Source: Squalus acanthias (taxonomy: Eukaryota). From it: 64,000 nucleotides of DNA. Location: positions 104,472,001 through 104,536,000 of the forward strand of contig CM059432.1 in the NCBI GenBank assembly GCA_030390025.1, written 5' to 3'. This document shows positions 23,301-34,890 of the stretch, piece by piece. Positions within the stretch are counted from its first letter, which is position 1. Each line of letters starts with the position of its first letter. The translations under genes were made by a program, and so were the position numbers. The notes under the pieces were generated by a model, which saw nothing but the letters and a program-made list of their open reading frames with translations, had not been told where the DNA came from and did not search any database.

Positions 23301-26300
23301 TGGTGATGATGGTGATGGTGGTGATGGTGGTTGTGATGGTGATGGTGGTGATGGTGGTGGTGATGGTGGTGGTGGTGGTGGTGATGGTGTTGATGGTGGT
23401 GATGGTGATGGTGGTGATGGTGATGGTGGTGATGGTGGTGATGCTGATGGTGATGATGATGGTGATGGTGGTGATGGTGATTGTGTTGGTGGTGGTGGTG
23501 ATGGTGGTGGTGGTGATTGTGATGGTGGATGTGGTGATGGTGGTGATGGTGGTGGTGATGGTGGTGATGGTTGTGATGGTGATGGTGGTGATGGTGATGT
23601 TGGTGATGGTGATGCTGAAGGTGATGGTGGTGATGGTGATGGTGGTGATGGTGATCGTGGTGATAGTGATCGTGGTGATGGTGATGGTGGTGATGGTGAT
23701 CGTGGTGATGGCGATGATGGTGAAGGTGATGGTGGTGATGATGATGGTGATGGTGGTGATGGTGATGGTGGTGCTGATGATGGTGATGGTGGTGATGGTG
23801 ATGGTGGTGATGGTGATGGTGGTGATGGTGATGGTGGTGATGGTGATGCTGATGCTGATGGTGATGTTGGTGATGGTGATGTTGCTGATGGTGATGGTGA
23901 TGGTGGTGGTGGTGATGGTGATCATGGTGATGGTGGTGATGGTGGTTGTGATGGTGATGGTGGTGAAGGTGGTGGTGATGGTGGTGGTGGTGATGGTGTT
24001 GATGGTGGGGATGGTGATGGTGGTGATGGTGATGGTGGTGATGGTGGTGATGATGATGGTGATGGTGGTGATGGTGATTGTGTTGGTGGTGGTGGTGATG
24101 GTGGTGATGGTGGTGATGGTGATGGTGGTGATGGTGATGGTGTTGTTGGTGATGGTGGTGATGGTTGTGACGGTGATGGTGGTGATGGTGATGTTGGTGA
24201 TGGTGATGATGGTGATGCTGAAGGTGATGCTGATGGTGGTGATGGTGATCATGGTGATAGTGATCGTGGTGATGGTGATGTTGATGATGGTGGTGATGGT
24301 GATGGTGGTGATGGTGGTGATGGTGAAGGTGATGGTGGTGATGGTGATGGTGGTGATGGTGATGGTGGTGATGGTGATGGTGATGTTGATGGTGGTGGTG
24401 GTGGTGATGATGGTGATGGTGATGGTGATGTTGGTGAAGGTGATGTTGATGGTGGTGATGGTGATGGTGGTGATAGTGATCGTGGTGATGGTGATGGTGA
24501 TGTTGGTGTTGGTGATGGTGATGGTGGTGATTTTGCTGATGGTGATGGTGGTGATGGTGATGGAGGTGATGTTGGTGATGGTGATGGTGATGTTGGTGAA
24601 GGTGATGTTGGTGATGGTGATGTTGGTGATGTTGGTGATGTTGATGATGGTGGTGATGGTGATCGTGGTGATGGTGGTGATATTGAAGGTGATGGTGATG
24701 GTGGTGATGGTGATGGTGGTCATGGTGGTGATGGTGATGGTGATAGTGGTGATGGTGATGGTGATGTTGATGGTGGTGGTGGTGATGATGGTGATGGTGA
24801 TGTTGGTGAAGGTGATGTTGGTGATGGTGATGTTGGTGATGTTGGTGGTGGTGGTGATGGTGGTGATGGTGATCGTGGTGATGGTGATGGTGATGGTGGT
24901 GGTGGTGATATTGGTGTTGCTGATGGTGTTGGTGATGGTGGTGGTGGTGATGTTGGTGAAGGTGATGTTGATGGTGGTGATGGTGATGGTGGTGATAGTG
25001 ATCGTGGTGATGGTGATGGTGATGTTGGTGATGGTGATATTGGTGATGGTGATGGTGGTGATTTTGCTGATGGTGATGGTGATGGTGGTGATGGTGGTGG
25101 TGATGGTGATGGTGGTGATGGTGGTGATGGTGATGATGGTGATGGTGGTGATGGTGGTTGTGATGGTGATGGTGGTGATGGTGGTGGTGATGGTGGTGGT
25201 GGTGGTGGTGATGGTGTTGATGGTGGTGATGGTGATGGTGGTGATGGTGATGGTGGTGATGGTGGTGATGCTGATGGTGATGATGATGGTGATGGTGGTG
25301 ATGGTGATTGTGTTGGTGGTGGTGGTGATGGTGGTGGTGGTGATTGTGATGGTGGATGTGGTGATGGTGGTGATGGTGGTGGTGATGGTGGTGATGGTTG
25401 TGATGGTGATGGTGGTGATGGTGATGTTGGTGATGGTGATGCTGAAGGTGATGGTGGTGATGGTCATGGTGGTGATGGTGATCGTGGTGATAGTGATCGT
25501 GGTGATGGTGATGGTGGTGATGGTGATCGTGGTGATGGCGATGATGGTGAAGGTGATGGTGGTGATGATGATGGTGATGGTGGTGATGGTGATGGTGGTG
25601 CTGATGATGGTGATGGTGGTGATGGTGATGGTGGTGATGGTGATGGTGGTGATGGTGATGGTGGTGATGGTGATGCTGATGGTGATGTTGGTGATGGTGA
25701 TGTTGCTGATGGTGATGGTGATGGTGGTGGTGGTGATGGTGATCATGGTGATGGTGGTGATGGTGGTTGTGATGGTGATGGTGGTGAAGGTGGTGGTGAT
25801 GGTGGTGGTGGTGATGGTGTTGATGGTGGGGATGGTGATGGTGGTGATGGTGATGGTGGTGATGGTGGTGATGATGATGGTGATGGTGGTGATGGTGATT
25901 GTGTTGGTGGTGGTGGTGATGGTGGTGATGGTGGTGATGGTGATGGTGGTGATGGCGGTGGTGGTGATTGTGTTGGTGGTGGTGGTGATGTTGGTGATGG
26001 TGGTGATGGTGATGGTGGTGATGGCGATGGTGATGATGGTGATGGTGGTGATGATGGTGATGGTGATGATGATGGTGATGATGGTGATGATGGTGGTGAT
26101 GGTGGTGATGATGGTGATGGTGGTGATGATGGTGATGGTGATGATGATGGTGATGGTGGTGATGTTGGTGATGGTGGTGATGATGGTGATGGTGGTTGTG
26201 ATGGTGATGGTGGTGATGGTGGTGGTGATGGTGGTGGTGGTGGTGTTGATGGTGGTGATGGTGATGGTGGTGATGTTGATGGTGGTGATGGTGATGATGA

Positions 26301-26567
26301 TGGTGATGGTGATGGTGGTGATGGTGGTGATGGTGATGGTGGTGATGGTGGTGATGGTGGTGATGATGGTGATGATGGTGATGGTGGTGATGATGGTGAT
26401 GGTGGTGATGGTGGTGATGATGGTGATGGTGGTGATGATGGTGATGGTGGTGATGGTGGTGATGGTGATGATGGTGGTGATGATGATGGTGATGGTGGTG
26501 ATGGTGTTGGTGGTGATGGTGATGGTGATGTTGGTGATGGTGATGATGGTGGTGATGGTGATGGTGG
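20347..26567 (+). repeat. Compound (GGT/GAT)n array, middle segment (~6.2 kb)
   Basis: Same triplets, richer in GTT, GAA and CGT variants; unbroken 3-nt phase; internal ~1.83-kb duplication. Confidence 0.98.
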
Positions 26568-28627
26568 TGTAGGGGGTGGTGGTGTGGTAGGGGTCAGCCT
26601 CACCCCTGACTCAGTGTGCGGTTCGAATCGCTCCCATGCCCCAGGTTGTAAATCTTGGACTTATTTGGGTGTTGTGAACTAAGATGCAGTAGACAACAGG
26701 TTCCGATGAAAGAATGTTGGGGTAAAAATTCACTTGGTTGCGCCACCCGTTAGCGCCTTAAGAGGGCGCTAATGGGGCGCAAAGCCGCTAACGCCCGGGC
26801 GCAGCGATGTTTGCGCCGCTCGAGAACTTAACTTGAGATTGTGCGGCGGCGCTAAAACTTACCGCTGCGACCACCTGCGCGCGCAGATTGTGACGTCATT
26901 CCATGGTGCAACGCCCTTGGGGCACCCCGTAGCGGAAATTGAGTGGCGCCCCCTGCCTTACCGCCTGGCGCTTCCAACGACCAGAAGACTGGAACGCTAT
27001 CAATCACTGTGGGGCTGGGGGGGGCGCTATTTAAAGGGGGCCTCTTCCTGTCTTTTATTGTTGGTGGCATTTTTGAACTACGCATTCTGAGAGAGAGAGG
27101 GAGAGACTTCTGGAGAGATTCAACGTTGTGTGAAGGAGTTTTGGGTACTGAGCAGCACTTTGCAGGTTCATTTTGATTTGCCATTCCTTGTATCGATTTA
27201 GCAAAGACCGTGGGAGCTGCACTCTGAGCTCTTTGCCTGGTGCTCTCCATTGTTCTTTCCAGCACATTTGATGTGCAAGTCTCTCCAGGCCGAGATTCAA
27301 GGCAGCAATGAACAGGATGTGGATGGAAAGCAAGATTAACCATCCCCTTTAAGAACTGGCCCGTGCCATTGTGTGTGTGTTCCATTGCTGACTGACATTA
27401 CATGAGCTTCGCCAGCGCTCCGAGTTAGCGCCTCACTGCTCGGCCTTTGCGCCTTAAGAGAGGTGTGCAGCGCCTGCTTTAGCGCTCCACTCACCTCCCG
27501 GGGCGGTAAAAGTGAAGTTTCCCGTCAGTGCCGATAATTAGCGCCAGGCGCTAATATTTGCGTCCGGACGATATTTGCGCCCCAAATGGGGCGCGACCTA
27601 ATTTCTACCCCGTTGACTTTTATTAAAAGAAAAAGGTAACAAACTTAAAACACACTTAACACTTAAACAGGTTGGGCAACACACGGTACAGGTGAGGGAG
27701 AAGGACAATATACAAAGACCCTTATCCCTCCCAAAAATCCCACTATCTAGCTAGGTTTCGGTTTCAGGAGATCAGGGATAATGCTCACCAAACAGGGGTT
27801 TTGACAGGGCGAAATCCAGCCAGGTAAGTTGATTGCGATGGTGGTCTGGTCGTCGAGTGTCTTGCTGGAACTTGCTGCTTCTCTCCTCCTCCTGCTCGTG
27901 TCGTGTGGCTGGTAGACCTGTCTGTGTCTTGCTGGAACGTGCTGCTTCTGGAACAGAGCCGAGAGAGAGCTTCTTGGGGGATTGGGCCCTCAATTATACT
28001 GTTCGGACCCCTTTGTCTTTTTCGCACCAAAACCCCTTACTAAAACGGTTTTGTGTTGAAGTGATTTAGGTTTCAGTTAAGGCCCGTTCATTCCATTGTC
28101 TTGGTTTTGCGGGCTTGTTAAGTTTTGATGGGTTTAACTTGGTGTTAAATTGTCCTGAACTCTCTTCTTACTGAACTGTTGTAACTGCTTGATGGGCCTT
28201 CAATTATGCTAAATTGAAGTGGCCTTGTCAAAACCAAATCAAATCCTGGTCATTGTAAGACCTCGTCAACAGTAACGACCCTACCAAGTGTCAAATGGCT
28301 TGCGTCCTGTCGGTCTGTTGTTCAATCGGAGCCCGCATTGTCCTCATGTTTTGGGTTTCTTGCTGGGCCTAGCACTCCTATCTTTATGCATGTCTTTAAT
28401 GGGTTCTGTGTTTTGGGTGGGGCTGCTTTCTCCCAGGGCCTATTGTCCAAATGTTAATGTTTGCTGGGGCTTGAATGAGGTCATTCCGATTCCCAGACAA
28501 ATGCCAAAGCTTGGTTTCGGTCTTAAATTCCTTATGTTAGGCCCAAATGCATTTTTATCACTCTGGGGCAGTTCCAAAGTCCTTTTTCCTGAGGTTTTGG
28601 GGATCTGCAAATTTTGGAAACTTTACA
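26568..28627 (-). mobile_element. Probable solo LTR (ERV-like, ~1.16 kb after removing the nested MITE)
   Basis: Termini TGTA...TACA; 4-bp TSD GTGG (26564-26567 and 28628-28631; weak evidence because the target is repetitive); minus-strand TATAA (27998-27994) upstream of AATAAA (27624-27619); array resumes on both sides. Confidence 0.7.
26719..27611. mobile_element. Harbinger-type MITE (893 bp) nested in the solo LTR
   Basis: TIRs GGGGTAAAAATT and AATTTCTACCCC (11/12 match); 3-bp TSD GTT; many subterminal TAGCGCC/GGCGCTA motifs; no coding capacity. Confidence 0.85.
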
Positions 28628-29690
28628 GTGGTGATGATTGTTATGTGGTGATGGTGATGGTGATAGTGATGGTGGTGGTGATGGTGGTGATGGTGATGGT
28701 GATGATTATGGTGATGGTGATGATTATGGTGATGGTGATGGTGATGGTGATGATGGTGGTGATGATGGTGGTGATGGGGATGGTGATTGTGGTGGTGATG
28801 TTGGTGATGGTGGTGATGGTGGTGATGATGGTGCTGATGGGGATGGTGATTGTGGTGGTGATGTTGGTGGTGGTGGTGATGGTAATGGTGGTGATGGTGG
28901 TGATAGTGGTGGTGGTGATGGTGGTGATGGTGGTGGTGATGGTGATGGTGGTGGTGATGGTGGTGATGGTGGTGATGATAGTGGTGATTGTGGTGATGTT
29001 GGTGATGGTGGTGATGGTGATGGTGGTGGTGATGGTGGTGATGATAGTCATGATTGTGGTGATGTTGGTGATGGTGGTGATGGTGGTGGTGATGTTGATG
29101 GTGATGGTGGTGATGGTGGTGGTGGTGGTGGTGGTGGTGATGGTGGTGATGATGGTGGTGATGGTGATTGCGGTAATGATGGTAGTGATGGTGATGATAG
29201 TGGTGATGGTGGTGATGGCGGTGATGGTGATGCTGATGGTGATGATGGTGGTAATGATTGTGGTGGTGGTGATGGCGATGATGGTGGTGATGGTGATGGT
29301 GATGATTGTGATGGTGATGATGGTGGTGGTGATGCTGGTGATAGTGGTGGTGATTGTGGTCGTGCTGGTGGTCATGTTTGGGGCTATGGTAATGATGGTG
29401 ATGGTGTTCGTGATAGTGGGGATGGTGATGATGGTGATGGTAATGGTTGTGGTGATGCTGGTGATGGTGATGGTGATTGTCATGGTGGTGATGGTGGTGA
29501 TGGTGGTAGTGATGGTGGTGGTGGTGGTGATGGTGATGGTGATGGTGATGGTGGTGGTGATGGTGATGGGTGGTGGTGATGGTGATGGATGGTGGTGACG
29601 GTGATGATGGTGGTGATGGTGATTGTGGTGGTGATGGTGATGGATGGTGGTGATGGTGATGGTGGTTGTGATGGTGATGGTGATGGTGAT
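28628..29690 (+). repeat. Compound (GGT/GAT)n array, right segment (~1.06 kb, more diverged)
   Basis: Same triplets with a higher density of substitutions. Confidence 0.97.
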
Positions 29691-29714
29691 GGCCAACCCC
29701 CCCCCACCCCCCCA

Positions 29715-30062
29715 CTTTTTTTTTCTCCTAGAAGCTGGCAGCTGTCCTTCATTCTGCCTGTGGATTTCACACTTCTTTCAGCCTTAACCTGTCATATCAA
29801 CACCACCTCTTGCCTTGCATATCTCTTAATGTCTCTTAATGTCTCTTTATCTCCCCTTTTGTTCCTTTATCCCCTCCCCCTTTTCCCAGCTTTATCCTGG
29901 CCTTAAATCTATTTGATTTCCGGCTCTTTCAGTTCTGACGAAAGGTCATCGGCCTGAAACGTTAACTCTCTTTCTCTCTCCACGGATGTTGTCTGGCCTG
30001 CTGAGTTTTTCCAGCGTTTTCTGTTGTTATTTCGGATTTCCAGCATCCGCAGTATTTTGCTA
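29715..30062 (+). mobile_element. Penelope-like retroelement 3'/terminal-repeat fragment
   Basis: Pyrimidine-rich tract followed by TTCTGACGAAAGGTCATCGGCCTGAAACGTTAACTCT...CCTGCTGAGT...TTCCAGCATCCGCAGTATTTTGC; related copies at 30253 and about 41630. Family assigned from the hammerhead core and recall, not from a search. Confidence 0.7.
29931..29967 (+). ncRNA. Minimal type I hammerhead ribozyme motif
   Basis: AGTT-CTGACGA-A-AGGTC-ATC-GGCCT-GAAA-CG-TT-AACT: CUGANGA and GAAA boxes, stem II AGGUC/GGCCU, stem I AGUU/AACU, palindromic minimal stem III (AACGUU). Confidence 0.7.
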
Positions 30063-30252
30063 TCGTATTAGTAGTTATAACAACTTGCTTGTAGCAATAA
30101 GTTAACACAGCAATTCAGAGGATAGTTGAACTTACTCAAATTTGCTATTCTTAACAGTGGAAATGAGGTAATGGATCTATGTAAGTAAACAAGAGCTATT
30201 GTGCTCTGACAGAAAGGGTGGAGAATAATGACAAACCGGGGCCTATAGGAAA

Positions 30253-30376
30253 GGTCATCAACCTGAAACGTTAACTCTGTTTCCCTCTCCACAGATGCTG
30301 CCTGACCTGCTGAGTATTTCCAGCATTTTCTGTTTTTATTTCAGATTTCCAGCATCCACATTATTTTGCTTTTATT
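30253..30376 (+). mobile_element. 5'-truncated Penelope-like terminal fragment with TSD
   Basis: Homologous to 29944-30062; flanked by the direct repeat CTATAGGAAA (30243-30252 and 30377-30386). Confidence 0.75.
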
Positions 30377-30529
30377 CTATAGGAAACAGGTTCTTTTGCT
30401 TGTCTTAGTAAAACAGTTTATCAAATTGAAACAGGCTTTTTGACATAAAAACGGCACTACCTACAACACAGAACATTTGACAGGCTTGGGTCATTATTGT
30501 CCAAACAAAACCAATGTAGTTTCTAATGC

Positions 30530-30915
30530 GTTAGCTCCTCAATGGCTCCATGAGTTTACTCAGTGAGCAGCTGAGCTATACAAGACATGGAAGATCACAG
30601 GTTTGATCTGAGTTGGTTGATCTTAACCAGGACAGGTGTGGAGGTGTTATAATCAGCAACAGTGCCCTGGGTTAAATGCAGGTTGTTGTTGGATTAGAAA
30701 GGGGTGAAGTACCATAGAGCAACTGGAAGGGATTAATGGATACCAATCAGGAGCAGGAGCAGGAGGCCTAGCCAGTTTTCCTCTCTCTAGCTCAACAGTC
30801 TGAGGGCAACTGTAGCTTAACTAATGCCACCCTGGCTGAGATCAACTAACTCAGCAAAGATTTGGGGATCAAACTTGGGACCTGCCTGGTCTGTTTGGTG
30901 CAGTTATTCACTGGC
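30530..30915. repeat. Two degraded SINE-like heads in inverted orientation
   Basis: About 30583-30635 (agacatggaagatcacaggtttgatctgagttggttgatcttaaccagg) resembles the reverse complement of about 30826-30895 and contains a degenerate B-box. Confidence 0.4.
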
Positions 30916-31711
30916 TAACGGACTTCAATCTTTCGGAGTGCTTCGGACTATTACATTTCTTTGATATCCTCCAAAATGCCCATAAAGCTCCCACTGCTAC
31001 CCCCTGCACTTTGAATGCCAAACTTTGCAAACTAGATTTAACACAACAGGTGGAACCACAAGATATTGCTAAATTCAGAGTACTTTTTTTTAGCCAGGAC
31101 ATTCCTATGGTCCTCAGTAATTAAAGTTTTATCCTCCATGTTCTGAATGAAAATATAACATTTGACACTGGCATTCTTGTTTCACTCGGGATATATGTAT
31201 CTGGACTGCTATTTGGACACCACTGCTAAGAAAAGCTCAATTTGAAAATGTGCCGTTTCCCCATTAGAATTCCCATCTGTACCATACCAATTTTTTCCCT
31301 AGCCAGGCGAGTGCAGTTCCATGTCTAATTTCTGTCTCGTGTGCCTCTGCTCAGTCCCATTGAATACCCCTTGGGGAGGGTGCCCGGTGTAAAGGGACAT
31401 TACTGCTGAATTATAGCTGTTGAATGTCGGCAATCTCAAAGAGAAATGGCGAAGATGAGCCCGAGGTGCTCCGAGCCTGAGCAATTGGCCGGATTTGGTT
31501 CTCAGCGGTGAACGAATGGCACTAGCTGTTCATTACACTTGCACTTGTCCATAGACTTTCTATGCGGCTTTGCAATGGAACATACTGTGAATTCGAGAGC
31601 CAAAAAGTGCAGCGTCCTCTACAGGGCATCTGAGACCTGTGTGAACAGGGCAAGCAACTGTGTCCTTAACCAATCAGATTGAAGAATCATTAATGAGCAG
31701 CGCAGAGTCTA

Positions 31712-34700
31712 GGGCTCGATTTGAATAGCCCTGAGGAGGCGGGTTTGGAGGCGGGTCTGTTGAGAAAATCAGGAAAAATGGCTTCAGACACCCAACCTGC
31801 CCCCACCCAATTTTCCTGACTGTCTGTTTAGCCGCTCCCAAACTGACCCGTCTCCAACCGGTGGGACAGGTAGTTAAGGCAGTTAACAGCCTATTTTGAT
31901 AGTGGTTTCCCATTTTCGTGCTTCTGGCTCCTGTTTCCCAACTAGTCAGAAACAGGCCAGGTTCAAGGAGACGAGTTGCTGGAGGACATGATTTGTATTC
32001 ATTGGTGAAGCGCTTTAAAAGCATCCCTGAAACATGGTTGACATTCAAATGCAACAACTTTGCTGTTGTAGGCATGGGATAACATTTTGCACATCTACTG
32101 ACCTTCTGACTGTTCATGCTGACACCCATCTGCAGTGTGTCATGAATGGAAATATTTCAGGCCACTTCGACTGTGCGCTTGCAAGATTTAAATCTATAGC
32201 AAGGGGATGGGAAACATTTATGCTCTCTCAGCCTGGTCCTCATAATCAGGGGAGTAGAAGCCGCGTGGCTCACCACATATCTTCCTGGGAAGAGGAGTAG
32301 GAGGAGGACGAGGGGAGCCTTGCATGCCCTGTTGTGACCAATGCAGCATCCCTCCAGTTCACTGCTGCCTGTCAACCAGGGTATGCACACTGCCATGCCA
32401 CACTACCATAAGCTTACTCTTCGACCATAGGTGGCCACCATATGGCTCTGTAATTGCAGGTGACACTTGTCCAACGTTATACTTCATCTCTGCTATACCC
32501 TCTTATTTCCTATCAATGTTACCATCAGCATTACAAATGTAAGTCGCCCTGAGCCCTCAATGCGCTTTTGCCATTTCCCAGAACACATAGGCCACACAAT
32601 CAACTGTTTGACATAATTTATCTTTAACACATGACAAAATATACCAACAACAGTCAGAAAAAAAAGAAACATCACCCAAGTGAGTCCCCTTGTGACTATA
32701 GGTGCTTACTTTTTCTCTTACGCGTGCTTCTACGTGGTGCTTTCCCTGTGGCTTCTGCAGATGTAGAGGTACCTTGCTGACTAGGATGCTACGCCTGCTT
32801 AGACGCCTTGGGAGGGCGTCCTCTGGGTTTGGGAGCCTGGGAGGGCTCTTCAACAGTCTGCTCTTCCTGCGGCTGTACAGGGGCTGAAACGGCCATCTCA
32901 GTTGTCTCTGCAAAGTGGGTCTCTGACCGAGGGCTCCGTAGTGGCATGGTCGTGCGAGCGCTTTGAGAGGAGCCCACACTTCCTTCTGTCCTGCCAACAA
33001 CATCCCTCTCATGGGTCAGCTCTCAGAGCTGGCAAGTGGCAGGAGGGTACCTTACTGCACTTCAGGGGGGCCATGAGGACCCGTATCTGCACTGGCAGTC
33101 CTCCTCAAAAGGACGTCCATGAAGCTCTGGTCTCTCTGCTCAATAGCTGCCCATCGCTCCTCCAGAGATGTCAGTCTATTCTGAACAGTCACCATGTTTT
33201 CCTGACTCTGGCAACTTATTTTCTCCATGGCCGTAGCCATCCTTTCCACTGAGGTAGCCATCCTTTCCACGGAGGTTGCCACCCTATCCATGTTGGTGCG
33301 TTCATGCGCCATTGCCTCCACCACGGCAGAGCTGATGTTAGAGATGGACTCCTCCATTCCCTCCACACTCGCACTAATCCTGGAGGCAAACGCTTCCAGA
33401 GACTCCTGCACTTGTTCCTGTATTTCCCGAACCGTTCTTTTTCTGGATGGCCCCAGAGGCACAGTGTCTGTATGCAGCTCAGCAGAGCTAGGAGAGTCCT
33501 ATGACCTCCACCGAGGACTCTCCACTGTTGTTGCTGTCTCCACCATCTGCTGATGCTCACTTGTGTGCTATGATAGACCAGGTGGCAACACTAACTCGCG
33601 ATGGCCCCACCGAGGTGTGCGTTGCTGTGCTGGTGCTGGGAGCGCTGAGTCCTGATGATGCTGCTCCCTCAGAGGCTTCAGGTTCCTGTGAGGAGATGTC
33701 TGGGTCTTCGTCCTGAACCGTGGGGAGGGGGGCGCTCGATGGTCCTGTGGGAGAGTAAAGGCTTGAATTAGACATCTGATATTGATGTAGCAGACACATC
33801 CTTTTGAGCAGATGATACAAAGCGATTCTCTATGAACATCATATGCCATTACTTTCTGAGAGGGATGAAAATCTATTATGTCACCAGCTTCCTCTAGTGT
33901 GCCCGTCTCTCCATCGCCCACTTCCAGGTCCTTGCCACCTCCAACAATCTCGTTTGCAGCCTCCTCAGCACTGGTCAATGTTGCAAGGGAAGCTGTTCCT
34001 CCTCCAGTCATTACTCTCTCCCTCTTATTGTGGGCTATCTTTTCCTGCAAGGAGGGACACAAGCGGTGTTTCAGCTACAGTGATGGAGTGAGTGTGAATA
34101 ATCCCTACCATAGAAGATTTGAGTGAGACGAAGATGGGGTAAGGTGCCAAGAGGAAGGTAGCTCCCTGTGCGTTGTTAGTTGTTATCACTGCATGACAGT
34201 GAGAGCGAGTCTAAGGAGTGCATAGGCAGGATGCTGAAGTGATTCAGTGCAGAGACAGAGATGGATAGGAAAGGGTGCAAGGGAAGTAAAGGTAACGTGG
34301 GATGTGAAGGAGCAGGCTTCCAAAGCAGAGTGCAGGTGATGAGAAGAGAAGGGAAGCAGAGTGAAGGCAAGTGAGATGGGATACTCCCTTTTGATGTTCT
34401 CACAAGATCATTAAAACTTTTGTGGCACTGGATCCATGAGCGTGCATAAATGGACCTTGCGCTCACCTCCTGAGCAATGCGCAGCCAGGTTGCCTTTGTC
34501 TGCTGAGGAAGCTTCCTCCGGCCATCAGGAGGGAAGATAATCTTTCTGCGCCCTCTGACAGAATCGACAAGAACTTGGAGGGACTCATCATTAAACCGAG
34601 GAGCTGCCTTGCCTCTGGAAGAAGTCATAGCTTTGAAAAGAAGTGCAGGAAACCACAATGGAAAGGCTCAGGCTGGAAGGCACCTTTAAAATGAGCTGCT

Positions 34701-34890
34701 ATTATGACGTCATCAGAGGCGGCCAGCCGACCCGATCCCACTCATTGGACCGGCCAGCACGCCTCCATGAAATTAACAAGGTACTTGAATAAAAATCGCA
34801 ACTCTGCAGCTGTTCCCACCGGAAGCGGCTCTGGAACCTGCCCACCACGCAACCCAACTCCAACCCGCCTCAGGAATTAAAATCGAGCCC
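31712..34890. mobile_element. Non-autonomous Harbinger element H2 (3.18 kb) retaining a Myb/SANT gene
   Basis: TIRs GGGCTCGATTTGAAT and ATTAAAATCGAGCCC (14/15 match); flanks CTA and TAA; host MITE sequence resumes on both sides. Confidence 0.85.
32700..34628 (-). pseudogene. Myb/SANT-like (MSANTD/NAIF1-type) Harbinger partner gene, about 3 exons, disrupted
   Basis: Exon 1 MTSSRGKAAPRFNDESLQVLVDSVRGRRKIIF...ATWLRIAQEVSA...RSWIQCHKSFNDL; exon 2 EKIAHNKRERVMTGGG; exon 3 acidic and coiled-coil. The first donor reads AAG|GGAGTA (GT lost) and exon 3 has a stop or frameshift near 33557. Confidence 0.8.

Noticed and set aside
26610..26640. tRNA gene suggested by GGTTCGAATC
   Set aside because: No A-box at the expected distance and no cloverleaf could be built; it lies within the solo LTR end.
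7702..29690. Telomeric repeat, CRISPR array or immunoglobulin switch region
   Set aside because: No TTAGGG units, no repeat-spacer structure, and no AGCT-rich motifs.
7002..29770. Very long ORFs (up to 2,073 aa) rich in Thr/Ile, His, Ser/Pro, Val/Met or Gly/Asp; possible mucin-like or His-rich protein
   Set aside because: Most frames of a GGT/GAT repeat are stop-free by composition. The ORFs switch dialect at phase shifts, are interrupted by transposons and have no identifiable non-repetitive domain or splice context.
32700..34628. Domesticated host gene of the MSANTD/NAIF1 type
   Set aside because: It sits between intact TIRs, has a broken splice donor and internal stops, and has several paralogous decayed copies in the window.
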